64,000 nt of DNA, from contig CM075988.1 in the NCBI GenBank assembly GCA_038087875.1, forward strand, positions 5,394,001 through 5,458,000. The letters are read 5' to 3'. The position numbers and the translations under genes are program-made. The notes beneath the pieces are model-generated. The model had not been told where the DNA came from. It ran no database searches and saw nothing but the letters and a program-made list of their open reading frames with translations. Positions 13,737 through 25,729 of this stretch are shown piece after piece. The stretch is from Malacoraja senta. Lineage: Eukaryota. The stretch's first letter is position 1; the number at the start of each line of letters is the position of its first letter.

Positions 13737-15138
13737 CAGGGGTGGGGAACCTACAGCCTTAAGGCCACATGTGGCCTTCTAGGCCATTAAGTGCGGCCTT
13801 TTGAATGAATCCAAATTTTCTAGAACAAATCCATTTATTTTTATTAACATATTTTTGTTTGTCTTTTACCAAAGAGTACCAAAGGAAGATTCAACGAAAT
13901 AATCCTCCCCGACTGACGGCCACAATTAAAACATTAGTAAGTCATGATGGCTATTTTAACAAAATAATGTACATTTTGAAGTATATCTAAGGAGGAGGAG
14001 CCATGTTGGGGAATGGCTGCTAACCAACAGCCGTCCGTTTAAAACACTTTTTTTAAATAGTTTTAGTGTGTCCATTGTCCAGTGTGTGGGAGTATTCTAC
14101 TTTTAAATGTAGGGTGAAGGGTAATTATATCCTAGGTCCCTACCTGGTCGGTGAGGCAGCTTTTTCTCCGGGCTGCCCCGTCGACCCGTCCTCGTGGCCT
14201 ACCAGCGGGCATGGAGCGCTGTTTCCTGACGGGGACCGCCCAGCACCTTCAGCTTCGGTCGGCAGCACAGCGTTGGAGCGCTATCGTGGAGCGTAGCGGG
14301 CGATGCCTTGCCTGGGTCGCCACGCTGGGTCGCCACGCTGGATCGACGCGCTGGAGCGGCGATTATGCGATGACCGCCGAGATCAACACCTCCGGGCTGT
14401 CGGTCTGCGGAGCGACCAGCTGCGGGCGGCGGCGCCGACTTTAACATCGGGAGCCTCGTGGCTCCAACTCGTGGCTCCAAATCGGCGCGGCCCTGTCGGC
14501 TTCAGGTGCCATGGACTCCGCTGGGAAACCGGCCGTTCCAGCCGCTGCGAGGACTCTCCCGACGGCCAGGAACATCGGGCCTCCGTAGAGGCAACTGTGG
14601 CGGCCTCGATGGGCCTGACTCTGGGGAGAACTGGGTTGGGGACTGGACAGTGTGCCTTCCCCCACAGTGGTAACCATTGTGGGGGGATGATTTTGTGTGT
14701 AGTGTTAAGTGTCTGTGTTAGTCTGTGTCAGTCTATGTCCAACATGGCGGTTGGAAGGTAGAGTGTACGCTGGCGCGGTTTGGCTGCCGCTGCTCTCCAT
14801 TCATGTTGTGTTTTGTGTTTTCTGAATTTTGTTGTTGTCTTCTTTGGATCAAATTTCTGTTTTTAACTTATGTGTTTGTGATGTCTTTATAACTTATTTT
14901 ACTCTGATTATATGTTTATATGTTTCTTTGTTAAATTGTAAGGTGTCAAGATTTTAATATTGATAAATGTATTGTGATTTTATGTCCTGTAAGGTGTCCT
15001 TGGGTGTCCAAAAAGGCGCCAGCAAATAAAATGCATTATTATTGTTATTATATCTAATTGAAGTTTCTTGGATGCGGCCTTATTAAATTACAGCTAACTT
15101 AACGCGGCCTTCTGACATGAAAAGGTTCTCCACCCCTG
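13737..15138. mobile_element. hAT-type MITE interrupted by a retro-insertion
   Basis: TIR CAGGGGTGGGGAACCT / AGGTTCTCCACCCCTG; internal GCGGCCTT repeats; no matching 8 bp TSD. Confidence 0.7.
13991..15048 (+). mobile_element. Non-autonomous GC-rich retroposon with L2-like 3' end
   Basis: 9 bp TSD TATATCTAA (13982-13990 / 15049-15057); 3' end GTAAGGTGTCCTTGGGTGTCC..AAAGGCGCC..AATAAA plus (TTA)n. Confidence 0.75.
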
Positions 15139-16263
15139 CACTAGAACAAGTGGTCAAAGTTCTGGAAAGTCATGTAAAAACAATGAATCAGATCATGAAG
15201 GAAAAGACCAAAGATAAGTCAAGCTCCCTCAAACAGGATCCTGTGTAGTATCTATGGGAATTAGATGCGAGAACTAAGAAAAATGTTGAGTGGGTCGGCC
15301 GATTAAGTAAAGTCGAGTTCAAGGAAGGTTGTGGGGGAGCTACTAGTAAAGCTTTGGGAATGATACTGGGACTTCTAATAATCCCGCAGGATAAATGTGG
15401 GCTGGAAGTTTACCAAGTAGAAAATATAAGCATTATTAGAGAAGGGATATGGCTAGGACATTAAGACATTCTGCCTTATTCCATCGAAGGGATTGGTAGA
15501 TACACCCCTGATTAAATGCCAACATCCTGACGGGATTGTTGTCTGTCCATACCCTAGATACAATGATGAACAAGCTCTATGTGGTTTTAAGGCGAAGGCA
15601 GGTTTAAATTCTACAACGGAAGCTAGGGCATTGAAGGTCGACATCACCAAGGTTGCAGAAAGAGGGAAAGGGGAATACTGTATAACCATTAATTAAAGGA
15701 ATATCAGTATGGTGTTCAGACATGTCCTATTACCAATACGACCTTCTGTATTAACCCGCAAATACCCGCCAGAATTGGTAAACTCGAGTTGATTGATATA
15801 CATAAACATAATGAAATTGTGATGGAAGTAACTAAGGGAATAAATGAAGATTTAGGCAAATGCTTCCAAAAAATATATTACAGAAGTTAGGCTCCTGCCT
15901 GAGAATTTACAATGGATTAAGAAACAGTTAATTAATGCCCACACTACATTCATTAAGGTCATCCAGCACACTGGAGAAATTGAGATGAATATTATTAAAA
16001 TTAAAGAAACCAGCTGCTGGGATGATATTTGGAACTGGGGTACAAATGTACAAATTCATCTGTGGGTGAGGTTTGCCTCCCACATTGCTATCATTGTGAT
16101 GGTTTTAATTTTAATATATCAAATGTATGTATTGATGATGTCTAAACGTTGGAAAGTGGGAATGGAGAGAAAGCTAAACATGGAACTGTACTTGCAGAAA
16201 AGTAATCAAAGATCAGAAAGGACAGATGTTAGAGGAGAACAAGTAAGAACTGACAAAGGATAG
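15138..16263 (+). pseudogene. env: Decayed retroviral-type envelope (TM/fusion subunit), foamy/lokiretrovirus-like
   Basis: Frameshifted reading: heptad-like ALEQVVKVLESHVKTMNQIM; LGMILGLLIIP..YQVENISII..PY; C-x6-VCPYP..LCG..GKGEYCI..CP..FC; Trp-rich WDDIWNWG; hydrophobic anchor IAIIVMVLILIYQMYVLMM; basic tail. Lies upstream of PPT and LTR once inserts are removed. Confidence 0.7.
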
Positions 16264-16296
16264 AGGCAACAAGCAGGGTCAGACATGTATAGATAA

Positions 16297-16533
16297 AGGG
16301 CCTGTCCCATTTTTAAGACCTAATTCACAACCTTTTTTACTCGTGGACATTTTTCATCATGCTAGAAAAACGCCCCGACCTACTTGATGCCACAAGTACC
16401 TAGGACTAGCATCACGGCCTGCTACGACTCTCCTACGACCTCCTACGACCTCGTGAGGACCATGCTGCGAGTATGAGTCAAGGGCAAACTCGGCAGAGGT
16501 CGTGAATTAGGTCGTGAAAGTGGAACAGGCCCT
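16297..16533. mobile_element. PIF/Harbinger-type MITE
   Basis: TIR AGGGCCTGTCCCA / TGGAACAGGCCCT; TAA left, TTA right; CTACGAC internal repeats. Confidence 0.8.
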
Positions 16534-17780
16534 TTAGGTCAAAGATGAGGGAAATAATGCTTTAATAGTGGCATAATAATCTTAATTTTACTTCGGAGTC
16601 ACGTGAGTGACTACGTGAAGAAGGCCGTCAGCCCGCATGCGCGTCATTACGTCTAGCGCATTGCGCAACAGCTGACTGGCAGGCGCGCTGCTCCTGCCAG
16701 CGGTAAGTTTAAACCTGCAGGTAAGTTACAATCTTTCCAGGTTATGTTTTCTACTGCAGGAAGAGTGGTTCCAGCCGTTGGCAGCAAAACCTCACGTCAC
16801 GTCATAACAGGAACAGGTGACGGCTGTGAGATACCATGCACCTGCAAATTGTTCCTGAAAGTGCCGGCGCTATCAGGGGTGACATTGGAGGGGCATGGAA
16901 CCCCAGGAAACCAGCCGCCGAATCTTCTCTTCAGGTAAGCCTATTCAACAGGTGAGACCTGCATGAGGGAGCAAAAGCTGTCAAACTACGAGTACAGCCT
17001 CATCGTTTCGGCAACAACCCACCCCATGCCTCCATCGGCAGTAAGCGGTTCACTGAAGCTGGTGGCAGCCAGCAAGCTGGGCAGAGATCTTTTAGGCCAA
17101 GGCTCAAGCCGGTCTCAGGAAAAATATGGAATCCACGTACCCTACCAGTCCTACTCTCCAATCAAGGAAGGAAATAGAACCCGCATCAGGTTCTATTGGG
17201 CTTACCATAAGACCACTGGTAACCATGAAGGTAGGTGGGTCTGGTTCTTTCCAAAACATGGGGTATGTGGACCATTTACAAGTTGGTAATATTTACACTT
17301 ATTTTTTGTACAATTGACAAAGTGAACATGTGATTAGTTTATACTGCACAGTATACAAGGATTCCAAGCAGGCTTGGAATGATGGCCAGAGTTGTCTTTA
17401 AAGGCAGACTCAGTATTATGGCCAGGATTGCCTTTGACACAGGCTCGGAAATATGACCAGAGTGTTTTTCAAAGCAGGCTCAAAAGTATGGCAGGCATGG
17501 CCTGATCATTATGTAAGATACAGGATGTCAGTTCATCCTTGATTTTACTTCGGAGTCACGTGAGTGACTATGTGAAGAAGACCCCGTCCAGCCGCACACG
17601 CGTCATGATCGATCAGACGCATAGCATTCATGACCGTGTGTGGAGGAGCAGCAGCTCCTCCAGGCGGTGAGTAAAGTAAATTTAAAGCAAAAATCGGTCA
17701 AGGTAAGTGGTTTCGTTTTTACTTACAGGGCACTTTTCTTCCCGCTCAGACGTGTTGGCAGAGGTCCACACAAACTCAGA

Positions 17781-18990
17781 ATGGAGAAAGGGCGTAGGGG
17801 AAGGAGAGGCCAGGGACGCACCGCAGGTAAAACCCCCGATGCTAAGGGTAGCGGGCGTCAGGAAGAGGAGGCAGTGGCATCGAAGCCATCAACTCCCGTT
17901 ACGGTCGAATGTGTCGTTAAACCGCTGGCGGCGGGGCGCAAGGCAGGACAAAAGTCGGCCCGACCTGTAGACTCGGATGAGTCAGACCCGGAGGTATATC
18001 CTCCTGCAGCAGAAAACGTTATGGCTTCAAGGGTCGTCAGTTTAGACCTCCTGATGGGGATTGATTTACAAAGAACCCCACAGGAGGAATCAGGTCGGTG
18101 TTGGCCAATGGAGGATACAGCACAGGGTGTGCCTTGGTTGGGACAGGCACAAGGGTGGCCTACAGGAGAGCCATCAGAAATGACTGTGCAAAGTTATTAC
18201 AGTGGTTGGCCTACAGGAGAGCCAGTGCCAGAAATGCCTGAAAAAAGGCAGTATATGTGCTGGCCTACTGAAGAGCCAGTACCAGAAATGTCTCAAAAAG
18301 ACAGTACAAACGTACTTATGTGCCAGCACCGAAAGTTTCTAAAAGGGAAAAATATGAAGCGTTGGCCTAGAGTTGAGCCAGCGCCAGCAGCACCTGAAAC
18401 AGGGCTGCCTATCCGTGGGCCTATAAGAGAGCCCGCGCAGGGGGAATCTGGCATAGACTTACCTGAAACAGGGGAGCCAGAATTTACCCAACCTGAAGAG
18501 GAACATCTACATTCAGAAGATGAATTCTATGAGGATGAGAGCCCATTATCAGAGCTGAAAGTTCCTGGACTAGCACAAAAGTTTGCTGTTCCTAGAATAA
18601 AAGGGGAACCTTTGAGGGATGAAATAGCAATGACTATAAATTATCTACTCTCCCATCAGCTCCAGGAAGTAACTATGATGAGACTATGAAACAGTATGAG
18701 CCTCGGAGAATTGTGAATTGCTGACAGTTCCAGCAGTGAATAACTTGATTTGGGGTTATTTCAGCATTGGTTTACGCTCACAAGAATTGAAATTGCAACA
18801 TGTATTGAAATTGCTGGGGTCAGGCATCACGACATTTGCCAGAGGATTGGATGATGATTTTGTATCAGATTCACAACAAGATGCTTTAGCACTGATGTGT
18901 GGTGCGCACTTTGAAATAAATTGTATTCGTAAAAATGCAATAAGACCAAATATTCATCCTCTGCAAACCAACCAACATACAAATGCCTAA
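17781..18990 (+). pseudogene. gag: DIRS ORF1 (gag-like), frameshifted
   Basis: 349 aa ORF plus continuation L.VPAVN..IW...LQ..L; position 5' of RT; internal WPTGEP repeats. Confidence 0.75.
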
Positions 18991-19229
18991 ATCTGCTGTT
19001 TGGAGAGTTAAAAAAAAATAATAATAATAAAAAAACCTGAGTGGTATGATGATGCGACCACCAATGCTGAGCAGAGCAGTGCGAAGGCAGTATCCCTACA
19101 GGCGGAATGCTGGTGCTGGAGAAGGAACAAGTCGATCATTCTCGTATACACGTTGGCGTGCTGCACCGGGGATACGTGGAGGTTACAATATGCCTACCAG
19201 AAGGGAACAACAATGGCCAGTGGCAAACC

Positions 19230-21061
19230 CCGAGGTAGGGGGTCCTGGTCTGGTAAGGAAGACAAATGATTTATTTATTCTAAACAGCATTGTAGGATTC
19301 AAAATTGAGTTCTACCACATTTGGATCCTCCAAGGCAAGAAAATTCAAACTGGTCACGAATTTTCTCAAAAGAAGAGAATAAGTTGATCAAAGGAGAATT
19401 AGAAACTTTAACCAAAAAGGGGGTAATAGAGAAGTCAGTAGAACAACACCATCAGTTTGTATCAAATATTTTTCCAAGAACAAAAAAGGATGGTGGATGT
19501 AGAATCATATTGGATCTGACAAATCTTAACCTTTATGTACAATACAAACATTTCAAAATGGAAACATTTACTAATGCAATTCAGCTAATCACAGAAAATT
19601 GCTACATGGCAAGCATAGATCTGCAAGATGCATATTATTCTGTGGCAATGCATGGTAATGATCAAAGATATTTGAAATTTAGATGGATGTCAGTTATGGC
19701 AATTTAAAGCATTGCCCAATGGTCTGACTTCAGCACCAAGATTATTCACTAAATTGCTCAAACCAATTTTAGCTCTGTTAAGAGCTGAGGGCCATGTATT
19801 AATGGCTTATTTAGATGATATCCTCATTGTAGGGGACACTTTGGCTGCTGCAAAATTGTCAGTATCCAGAGTCAAATACATTTTGAGAAATTAGGTTTCA
19901 TTATTCACCTACAAAAATCTAAATTGTTACCAAGCAAAAAGATTGATTACCTAGGGTTCACAATTAACTCGGAATACATGGTAATCACTTTGCCAAAAGA
20001 TAAAAAGCTGCAGTTAATTGAAGGTTGCATAAAACTCATTAACGAGGACACACCTTCAATTATAGAAGTGGCAAGCTTGCTAGGCAAATTAATTGCAGGG
20101 TTTCCAGCAGTCACGTTTGGACCATTGCATTATCAATGTTTACAGAGAGCTAAGGTACAAGCGTTAAAAATGAATAGAGGGCATTTTGACAGGCCCATGA
20201 AATTAACAATTCAATCCATTACAGAAATAGAATGGTGGATTAACAATGTTTCTAATGCTTCCAGAAAAGTTCTGGTAGAAACACCTTCCGTCACTCTACA
20301 GACTGATGTAAGTGCGCTGAGTTGGGACGCTACTAACATGATTTCCAGCTGTGGAGGTAGGTGGAATGTGAATGAAGTACCTTTGCTGGAAAATCTGGGA
20401 ATCAATTACCTAGAGCTATTAGGCGCATTTTACGGCCTTAGAGCTTATTGCACTGATATGGGAAATGTGCATGTTCAGGTACAGGTTGACAATACTACAG
20501 CTGTAGCATACATAAATCACATGGGTGGTATAAAATCAGAATCATGTGATAAATTGGCAAATGAAATTTGGACCTGGGGTATTGCCAGAAAAATTTGGCT
20601 GTCAGCAATATATTTACCAGGTAAAAATTAATACAATTGCAGACAAAAGATCACGTAAATTTAATGATAATACAGAATGGATGTTAAATCGGAAAATATT
20701 CACACAAATTATCACACAATTTGGAATGCCAGAAATTGATCTGTTTGCATCAAGATTGAACCACCAGTTGCCTAAGTATGTGTCATGGGAACCTGATCCT
20801 GGAGCAGTAGCGGTGGATGCTTTCTCGCTACATGGGGGTGGTGTGTTTCTGTATGCGTTTCCGCCATTTTGTTTAATCCACAGATGCATACAGAAAATTA
20901 AACAAGATTCAGCCTCAGGGATTTTGTTAGTACCAGATTGGCCTAAACAGCTATGGTACCCACTGGTGTTAAAAATAATCAACAACAAAAAAACCCTTAT
21001 GGTTATTCCAAAGCAGATTAAACTGCTTGTACACCCTGTGACTGATGAACCTCCAGTTTAA
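19230..21061 (+). pseudogene. pol: DIRS pol: RT, RNase H and Dam-like adenine methyltransferase domain (frameshifts/stops)
   Basis: KKDGGCRIILDL, FKMET, SIDLQDAY, PNGLTSAPRLFTK, YLDD; TD.S..W, INYLEL, DNTTAVAYIN.MGG; DLFASRLN...DAF...YAFPPF...PDWP. Confidence 0.93.
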
Positions 21062-21169
21062 ATTCCATTTGGAATATTTTGGAGGACCAAGAAACCAAGA
21101 ACCAAGAACCACATCCTTTACATGATCGTATTGGTTTGTTGATTTGCAGATCCTAAGAAGGCCATATCT

Positions 21170-22110
21170 TGGAAAGGATTATCAGACCGTACGGTGGATG
21201 TTATGACAGCCGCCTGGAGGAATAGTACCCGGAAGCAGTACTATATATAAAGAAATGGGAGGAGTTTTGTTCAGGGAAACATATTGCATATAACCCAGCA
21301 GAAATTTCAGATGTAATATAGTTCCATTCTACTCTATACTATGAATTAAAATTAAGTTATAGTGCAATTAATACTGCACGAAGTGCACTCTCTGCATATT
21401 TAAGCAGTGAATCAGAACAAACTCCAATAGGAGCACATCCTTGGGTCTGTAGGTTTATGAAAGGAATTTTCAACTCTAATCCTCCCAGACCTAGGTATAC
21501 AGAAATTTGGAATGTAAAAGATGTACTGATGTTGCTAAGGAATTGGAATCCAGTTGAAACTCTGTCATTATCCAAAATCACCATGAAATTGGTTATGCTC
21601 ATGGCATTAGTTTCAGCTTAGAGAGTTCAAACATTACAGAAACTCAGAATTGATAGAATGAAAGTAGGGCCAAATGCCGTGACATTCTATGTCTATGATT
21701 TACTGAAGCAAAGTAGACCTGGGTTCACAGGATGCAAGTTGGAATTTTTAGCATATCCTACAGATCCACGACTGTGTGTAGTAACATATGTGAAATGTTA
21801 CATAGCAAAAACAAAAGTTTTAAGAGGCATTTTTTATTAGTCATAAAAAGCCTCATAAGAAAGTGTCAACACAAACAATTTCACGATGGTTGAAACTGGT
21901 GTTGAGATATTCAGGTATTGATACTGATAAAATTAAATCTCATTCCACCAGGGCGGCATCAACATCAGCGGCCAGGGATTCAGACGTGCAATAGACCTTA
22001 TTCTCGCGGCCGCAGGATGGGCAAGTGAACAGATGTTTCACAAGTATTACCATAAGGAGATTAAAGATCTCAGAGGGTTTGGTGATGCCGTGCTGGATAG
22101 AGTATTAAAT
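21170..22110 (+). pseudogene. DIRS tyrosine recombinase (decayed)
   Basis: SAINTARSALS, LMALVSA*RV, KQSRPG, HSTR (~21941), AAGW (~22009), F.KYY. Confidence 0.9.
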
Positions 22111-22310
22111 CCCCCATTATAATAAATGGGCCTAATTTTGTTACTTTTATTAAAATAAATAAAACCATTAACTGGTTACATTCAAATGTTGTGGTTATGC
22201 ATTGTTGATTGTGCTTACTCAAATAGAGTCAATCGATGCAGTGAACACCTAGATTTGAATCCACGGTGTGAAATCACAGAGCTTTGAAATCTTCACATAG
22301 TCACTCACGT

Positions 22311-22517
22311 TCATGATATATGTATTTTGTTCATGATATATGTATTTTGTTCATGATATATGTACTTGTTCATGATATATGTATTTTGTTCATGATATAT
22401 GTATTTTTACTTCTATTTATTTTTTACTGCACACTGAAATGGACACTGGTTGAGGAACGTTTTTTTGTTTCCTCTGGGTATGCGAATACTCAGGAAATGA
22501 CAATAAAGATATACAAT
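22311..22517 (+). mobile_element. Short non-LTR 3' fragment with 20 bp tandem repeat, inserted in the inner DIRS ICR
   Basis: ACGT duplication (22307-22310 / 22518-22521); TCATGATATATGTATTTTGT x~4; ends ATGACAATAAAGATATACAAT. Confidence 0.7.
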
Positions 22518-25500
22518 ACGTGACTCCGAAGTAAAATAGTAAGATTAAACGAGAACTTATCAGTTTGAAGTTTGATCTTTATTTTATGAGGAGTAACGTT
22601 GAGGGATTACGTGCCCTCCGCTCCCACCCTCATAAAAGGATCAAGCTGGTAGTTCTAAGTCTTTATGCATCTTACTATCATACTTCAGTAATTATCGTCT
22701 GTGATTGTCACTCCGCTGCTTTGAAAGATTGACGCGTGTGCGGCTGGACGGGGTCTTCTTCACGTAATCCCTCAACATTACTCCTCATAAAATAAAGATC
22801 AAACTTCAAACTGGTAAGTTCTCATTTAATCTTACTATTAACTCGCATGTGCAGTATAGATATTTTCAGCATAACAAACTTTGTTTCTGTCTAACAATTG
22901 ATTTCCATAGCATCTTTATGGCATGCATTGATCTCAAAGATGCATACCATTCAGTTCTCATTCACAGGGATCCCCGGAGATATTTGAAATTTAGCTGGAT
23001 GGGGCAATGATAACAGTAAAAACGTTGCAAAATGTGCTAACTTCAGTTCCCAGGCTATTTACCAAATTACCAAAACCGGTGTTTGGGATGCTTAGAGCTC
23101 AAAAACACTTGTTATGGCCTAACTACATGATATTCTAAACGCTGTATTTTGCTAAAATTAACTGTTTCGGCCGCATACTATATTAGAGAAATTGGGGTTT
23201 CTCATCCATCCAGTTAAATTTAAGTTGATACCAACTAGAATTATTGATTATTGGGATTTACCTTTAACTCTATTAATTTGCTGTGACTCTGCCCTACAGC
23301 AAGAGATTGGAATTAACAAAAGCCTGTAACAACCTTGTTGTTATGAAGCAGCCTCAATTCATCAAGTCTAATTGGCAATATAGTGGCTGTGTTTTCAGCT
23401 GTGCATTTGGACCTTTGCATTATCATAACTTACAACGTGCAAAGGAGTAACCTCTTCAGTGCCATGTAGGTCATTATTAACAGACCTATGCTATTAGCAG
23501 CTGAAGCTATCAAAGTCACAATGGTGGACGAACAGTATTGAACATTGCTCCTGTAACTTTTGCTCAGTAACTCTTCAGTTATATTACAAACTGATGCTAG
23601 TACTCAAAAATGAAAAATTATGAATAACATCTCTAGCTACGGAGGCGGATGAGCTTTGCATGAGTTACCTATTTTTCAGTTATATGGTATCAACTACCAA
23701 TAAAACACAAGGTATATATTATGGGTTAAAAGTTTATTGTGCGAATATGCATAATCAACATGCTCAACTCCAAGTTGATACACTATTGTGGTGGCATATG
23801 TTAATCACATGGGTGCAGTCAAGTTAAATATCCTGTGATAATTTACCTAACCTCATTTGGCGCTGGTGTATCATCACGTAAAATCACCATTGCAAAAATA
23901 TGTGGCACAGTGGCAACAGATGTATTCTCGCTACCCTGAGGAGGAATGTTCTTTATGTCTTTCCTCCATTTTGCCTCATCAGTCGTGTCTTGCACAAAAT
24001 CCAGCAAGATCTCGCCTCAGGCATTTCGTACTGCCTGACTGGCCTATGCAGCCATGGTTCCCGCTAAATGTTGGGAATGATAATAGGACCTTATATGGTT
24101 ATCCTAAAACACAAAAATTTGGTGGTTCACCCCATGACTCGGGAAACCATCCTCTGCATGATAAAATCAATTTATAGACTTGCAGACTCTGAGAAGACCG
24201 TTCCGGCGGCTCAGGTTGCCAGACCGATCTATGTACGTGCTCACTGCAGAGTGCAGGGATAGCACCGAATAAACAGCACATTTTTCCTCATCAGGAGATG
24301 GGAAGTGTTTGTTTTAATGACAATGTACCATATAATACGGCACGAATAACTAACGTCTCGGAGTTCATTTTCAGGTGGGTCTTTGACAATTAATTAAGTT
24401 ATAGTACCATTAACTGTGCCAACATGCATTCTCATCATAGTTGCTGCAGTGATCGGGACCCACTCTGTCGGGTCTCACCCTTTGATATCCAGATTTATAA
24501 AGGATATCTTTAATGCAAATTCTCCTAGGCCCAGGTCTCGGAGATATGGGATGTTAACATTGTTCTAAAACTGCTTCGCCGGTGGGGCCCAGCTACATCT
24601 CTATCCCTGGTCAAACTCACTTACAATGTGGTTATGCTCATGGCGCTAGTCTCAGCGCAACGGGTCCAGCCACTACATAAATTGCGACTGGACAGGATGG
24701 TTACATCTGCTAATAATATAATATTTGATGTTTATGATGTAGTTAAGCAGAGCAGACCATGGGCATCAAGTCCCAAACAATTTTTCATGGCATACCCCAT
24801 GGACCTTTGGTTGTCTGTGGTTACACATTTACAACAATACGTCAAGGTCACCAAGAGCCTTAGAGGCTCTGCACCAGCAATGTTTGATAGTTACTAAAAC
24901 ACCTCATAAAAGGTATCAATCCAGACCATCTCCAGGTGGTTAAACGGGGTTTGGCTTATGCAGGAGTAGATACTTATATTTTCTATCTCACTCCACTAGG
25001 GCTGCTACAACATTAGCAGCAAGGGTTATGTACGTTCCACTAGACCACATCCTAGCGGCTGCAGGATGGTTAACGAACGAACTTTCCAACATTTTATAAT
25101 AACCCATTGCCAGACCGGGGTTATTTGCCAAATTCCTTTGATGATTAAAGCATCAGCATTTTTAACAAACTATGTCATGGCTGAATGCATTAATCTTTTT
25201 CACTCATCCATGGTCAATTGATGCAGTGTGTAACGCCTGGACTCGTATCCGGCATGAAATCACAGAGCTTTGAAGTCTTCACGTAGTCACTCACGTGACT
25301 CCGAAGTAAAATAGTAAGATTAAATGAGAACTTACCAGTTTGAAGTTTGATCTTTATTTTATGAGGAGTTACGATGAGCGATTACGTGCCCACCGCTCCC
25401 AACCCTCATATTATGAAGGTCATCTGGTAGTTCTAGTTCTCTCCAATCTTACTATGTTCAGGTCAATTACTGTTATCTGTGATTTCACACCTCTGCTTTG

Positions 25501-25729
25501 AAGATTGACGCGCATGCGGGCTGACGGCCTTCTTCACGTAATCGCGCATCGTAACTTCTCATAAAATAAAGATCAAACTTCAAACTGGTAAGTTCTCGTT
25601 TAATCTTACTATTACAATTTGCATAGCTATGTTTTGTAGAAAATTGTCACTGACAAAAACTCAGATATATATAGCCAAGGTTCAGTGTGATCCAATTCAC
25701 TAAACGCTCTATGGATCAAAGAGGGGACA

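Larger units (their letters stand above)
17542..22839 (+). mobile_element. DIRS1-type retrotransposon (inner, near full-length, disrupted ORFs)
   Basis: Left ITR 17543-17605 inverted at 22730-22765, right extension to 22839, ICR ~22291-22612; gag-RT-RNaseH-MT-YR order; inserted in the RT of the outer element at ATT. Confidence 0.95.
16585..25613 (+). mobile_element. DIRS1-type tyrosine-recombinase retrotransposon (outer, heavily decayed)
   Basis: Left end TTTTACTTCGGAGTCACGTGAGTGACTACGTGAAGAAG; inverted at ~25507-25540; ICR at ~25277-25388 complementary to both termini; RT/RH remnants ~22840-23850; YR remnants (LMALVSAQR, HSTR, AGW) ~24200-25100; ATT at both junctions. Confidence 0.92.

Noticed and set aside
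19230..22110. Bacterial retron/phage-like RT + methylase + recombinase system or contamination
   Set aside because: Domain order and ITR/ICR architecture are those of a standard eukaryotic DIRS1 retrotransposon embedded in host repeats.
22311..22410. CRISPR-like short repeat array
   Set aside because: Head-to-tail repeats with no unique spacers, no cas genes, vertebrate context.
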